This document shows, one piece after another, positions 61,946 through 64,000 of a stretch of 64,000 bases of DNA. The notes under the pieces are model-generated. The model ran no database searches. It was not told where the DNA came from and was given only the letters and a program-made list of their open reading frames with translations. The DNA lies in contig CM114271.1 in the NCBI GenBank assembly GCA_050084515.1, forward strand, positions 26,226,001 to 26,290,000, given 5' to 3'. The stretch comes from Blasia pusilla (taxonomy: Eukaryota). The position numbers and the translations under genes were made by a program. Each line of letters starts with the position of its first letter. Position 1 is the first letter of the stretch.

Positions 61946-64000
61946 GATTAGAGGGGATCCCTATCTCTATTTATAGGGATGAAGATGAATGAATCCGCTT
62001 CAAAACGTTTTCAATGTTCCCTCTAGTCATATTTATTGCATAGACACAAATGTACTAGTAAATATAAGAAGAGAAGTGAAGTTTCTTAAATCTTGTAATA
62101 TTTTTGGTCAATTTTTGAATTCATATGTTTATGTTATTTTACAGATATATTTCAATATTACAAAAGCTGAAAATGATTTGACTCTATCACGAATATGGAA
62201 GGTTATAGGAAAAATAAAAATAATGCCCTTAAAAGAGTAAAAGGATGTTATCACATAAAGAAGATTCCCTACAAGAAATACACATTTTTTCAATGAGGAA
62301 ATTTAAGATTTAAAATTGCACTCGTATTCAATAGTTTTCAAAGATATTTTAGTATTGAATGATCTCAAAACCTTTTATGATTAATATAAACCCATTAAAG
62401 CAAATTATTAATGAAAGTTACGTTACTATGCGAGGAAAGTTCATTCTTCGGGAAGTTAAGATATGTTAAAAAGGTCATGTGAGATATCATATTATCTCTT
62501 GCGGAAAGGAATTGAGTAGAATTACCAAATGATTTTAATTATGCATAAATATGAAAATTTCATAGTTTTCTCTTTGCTCTTGTTTAAATAATGAAACAAA
62601 ATTTAATTACATGTACTTAATATTATAGATGAAGGAAACCTTCTAATATGACTGTGAGGATGATTCAGTGACAAAATATTGTTATTGTAATCATTATAAC
62701 ATGACTATTATGAGAACAATAACATAGTGGATTATGTAAGAGTTGATGCATTGACATTCTAATCTTTCGATCTTCTTTTCCAATATCGGGGTAAAGTAAA
62801 CAAAGTGTCGACAAAGCTCCTTAGCGTAAGTAGAATGTTTGTTTCTTGTTACATTGCACGACTTTGATGTTGACATTTATTGTTATTGCAAATCGTCTTC
62901 CTAGTATATTTTACCACTATTGATCCATATTATTTACATTTATCTCAATTAATATATTGGAAAAAAAATCATCCCAAACGTTCAAGAGTTTTCTATAGTC
63001 TGGACATGAAGACATTTGACTTCATTTGTGATTAATTAAGTAGATAATTGAGTACTAATTGTTCATACTTCCCGCGAGTTCTGTTGAACAAGTTGTTGAG
63101 TGTTAAGAGACAAATTATTATCGCTCTATGATATTTTGCCACATGCATTGGGAGGAAATTAAGATTTTTTATGACTCGAAAATAAATAAACTATGTACAA
63201 AATAACTCAAATTACAACTTACAAAACCATCATAGTCATATCTTTTTTTGACTTATAAGATAATTATAGGCATATATCTGTGAAAATGGTTTATGAAATA
63301 ATAAAAACATCATCAAATAGTACATAGGAAAAATAATTAAAATAAAATGGGTTCAAAATTCATACTATATTTGGTTCAAAAAGCATACTAAAATAACATA
63401 TGTGAGATTTACTAAGAAGGAAATCGTAATATAAATGTTATAATTGAACCAACATTGTTTATTGAATGGAATATGGATTTATTTTGATAGGCTTCATAGT
63501 TATAGATTATTTTCCATGATAATAATTATTTTTTATTTTTTTATTTGAGTTTTATTTCATTAAAGAGTAAATCCGCATACTTCTAGTCTATATTCGAAGG
63601 CTTTGATGTAATTTTAAGCGATAATTTGTTGTTAACTCCTTAAAAAAGGTAGTGAAAGAGGGAGGGGGCGATATTTATCAAGAGTAATATCGCTGAACTC
63701 AATAACAATATGTTGCTAGAAGATTTATTAATCACAACACAACGTTTTTTTTAAGTTGTCATTTATTATTCTGAGTTGAACAAATTGGACTTCCCCCCCC
63801 CCAAAAAAAAAACCTAATTCAATAATTTTTTATATATTACGATTTCAAGTTTGAATCTTATATTTTCTCTTAACTCCATCACTTACTCCTCCTCTTTCCA
63901 TGCGACCTCCCGCGTATTGAAAACGAAAAATTCGATGTACATCTATTCTATTAACAAAAGGTGACTCATCGTCAAGAGGAATTCAGTCAATGACATGACA

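Noticed and set aside
1-64000. tRNA, rRNA, conserved miRNA or CRISPR arrays
   Set aside because: None recognised by eye; a covariance-model scan was not possible.

Overview
Eukaryotic land-plant nuclear DNA, probably a non-seed plant such as a bryophyte (inferred from gene style and TE families, not proven). Two intron-containing host genes lie on the minus strand: a 17-exon group-4 sulfate transporter (SULTR4-like, CDS 18991->10030, 711 aa, one GC-AG intron) and a two-coding-exon At1g76660-like Pro/Ser-rich protein (51270->48276, ~725 aa). The rest is mostly AT-rich, transposon-derived DNA: hAT-type MITEs, a non-autonomous Helitron, a decayed chromovirus pol and LTR-like pieces. The standout is a decayed minus-strand Ty3/Gypsy retrotransposon (~32355->24240) whose pol carries a complete DNMT3-like C5 cytosine methyltransferase domain (motifs I, IV, VI, VIII, IX, X) between the aspartic protease and the reverse transcriptase. 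The domain is split by frameshifts, stops and a 749-bp insertion. A sibling gag copy sits head-to-head with the element as a ~2-kb inverted repeat, together with a perfect 33-bp palindrome and an apparently flipped LTR segment. Coordinates were read by hand; TE boundaries are approximate.
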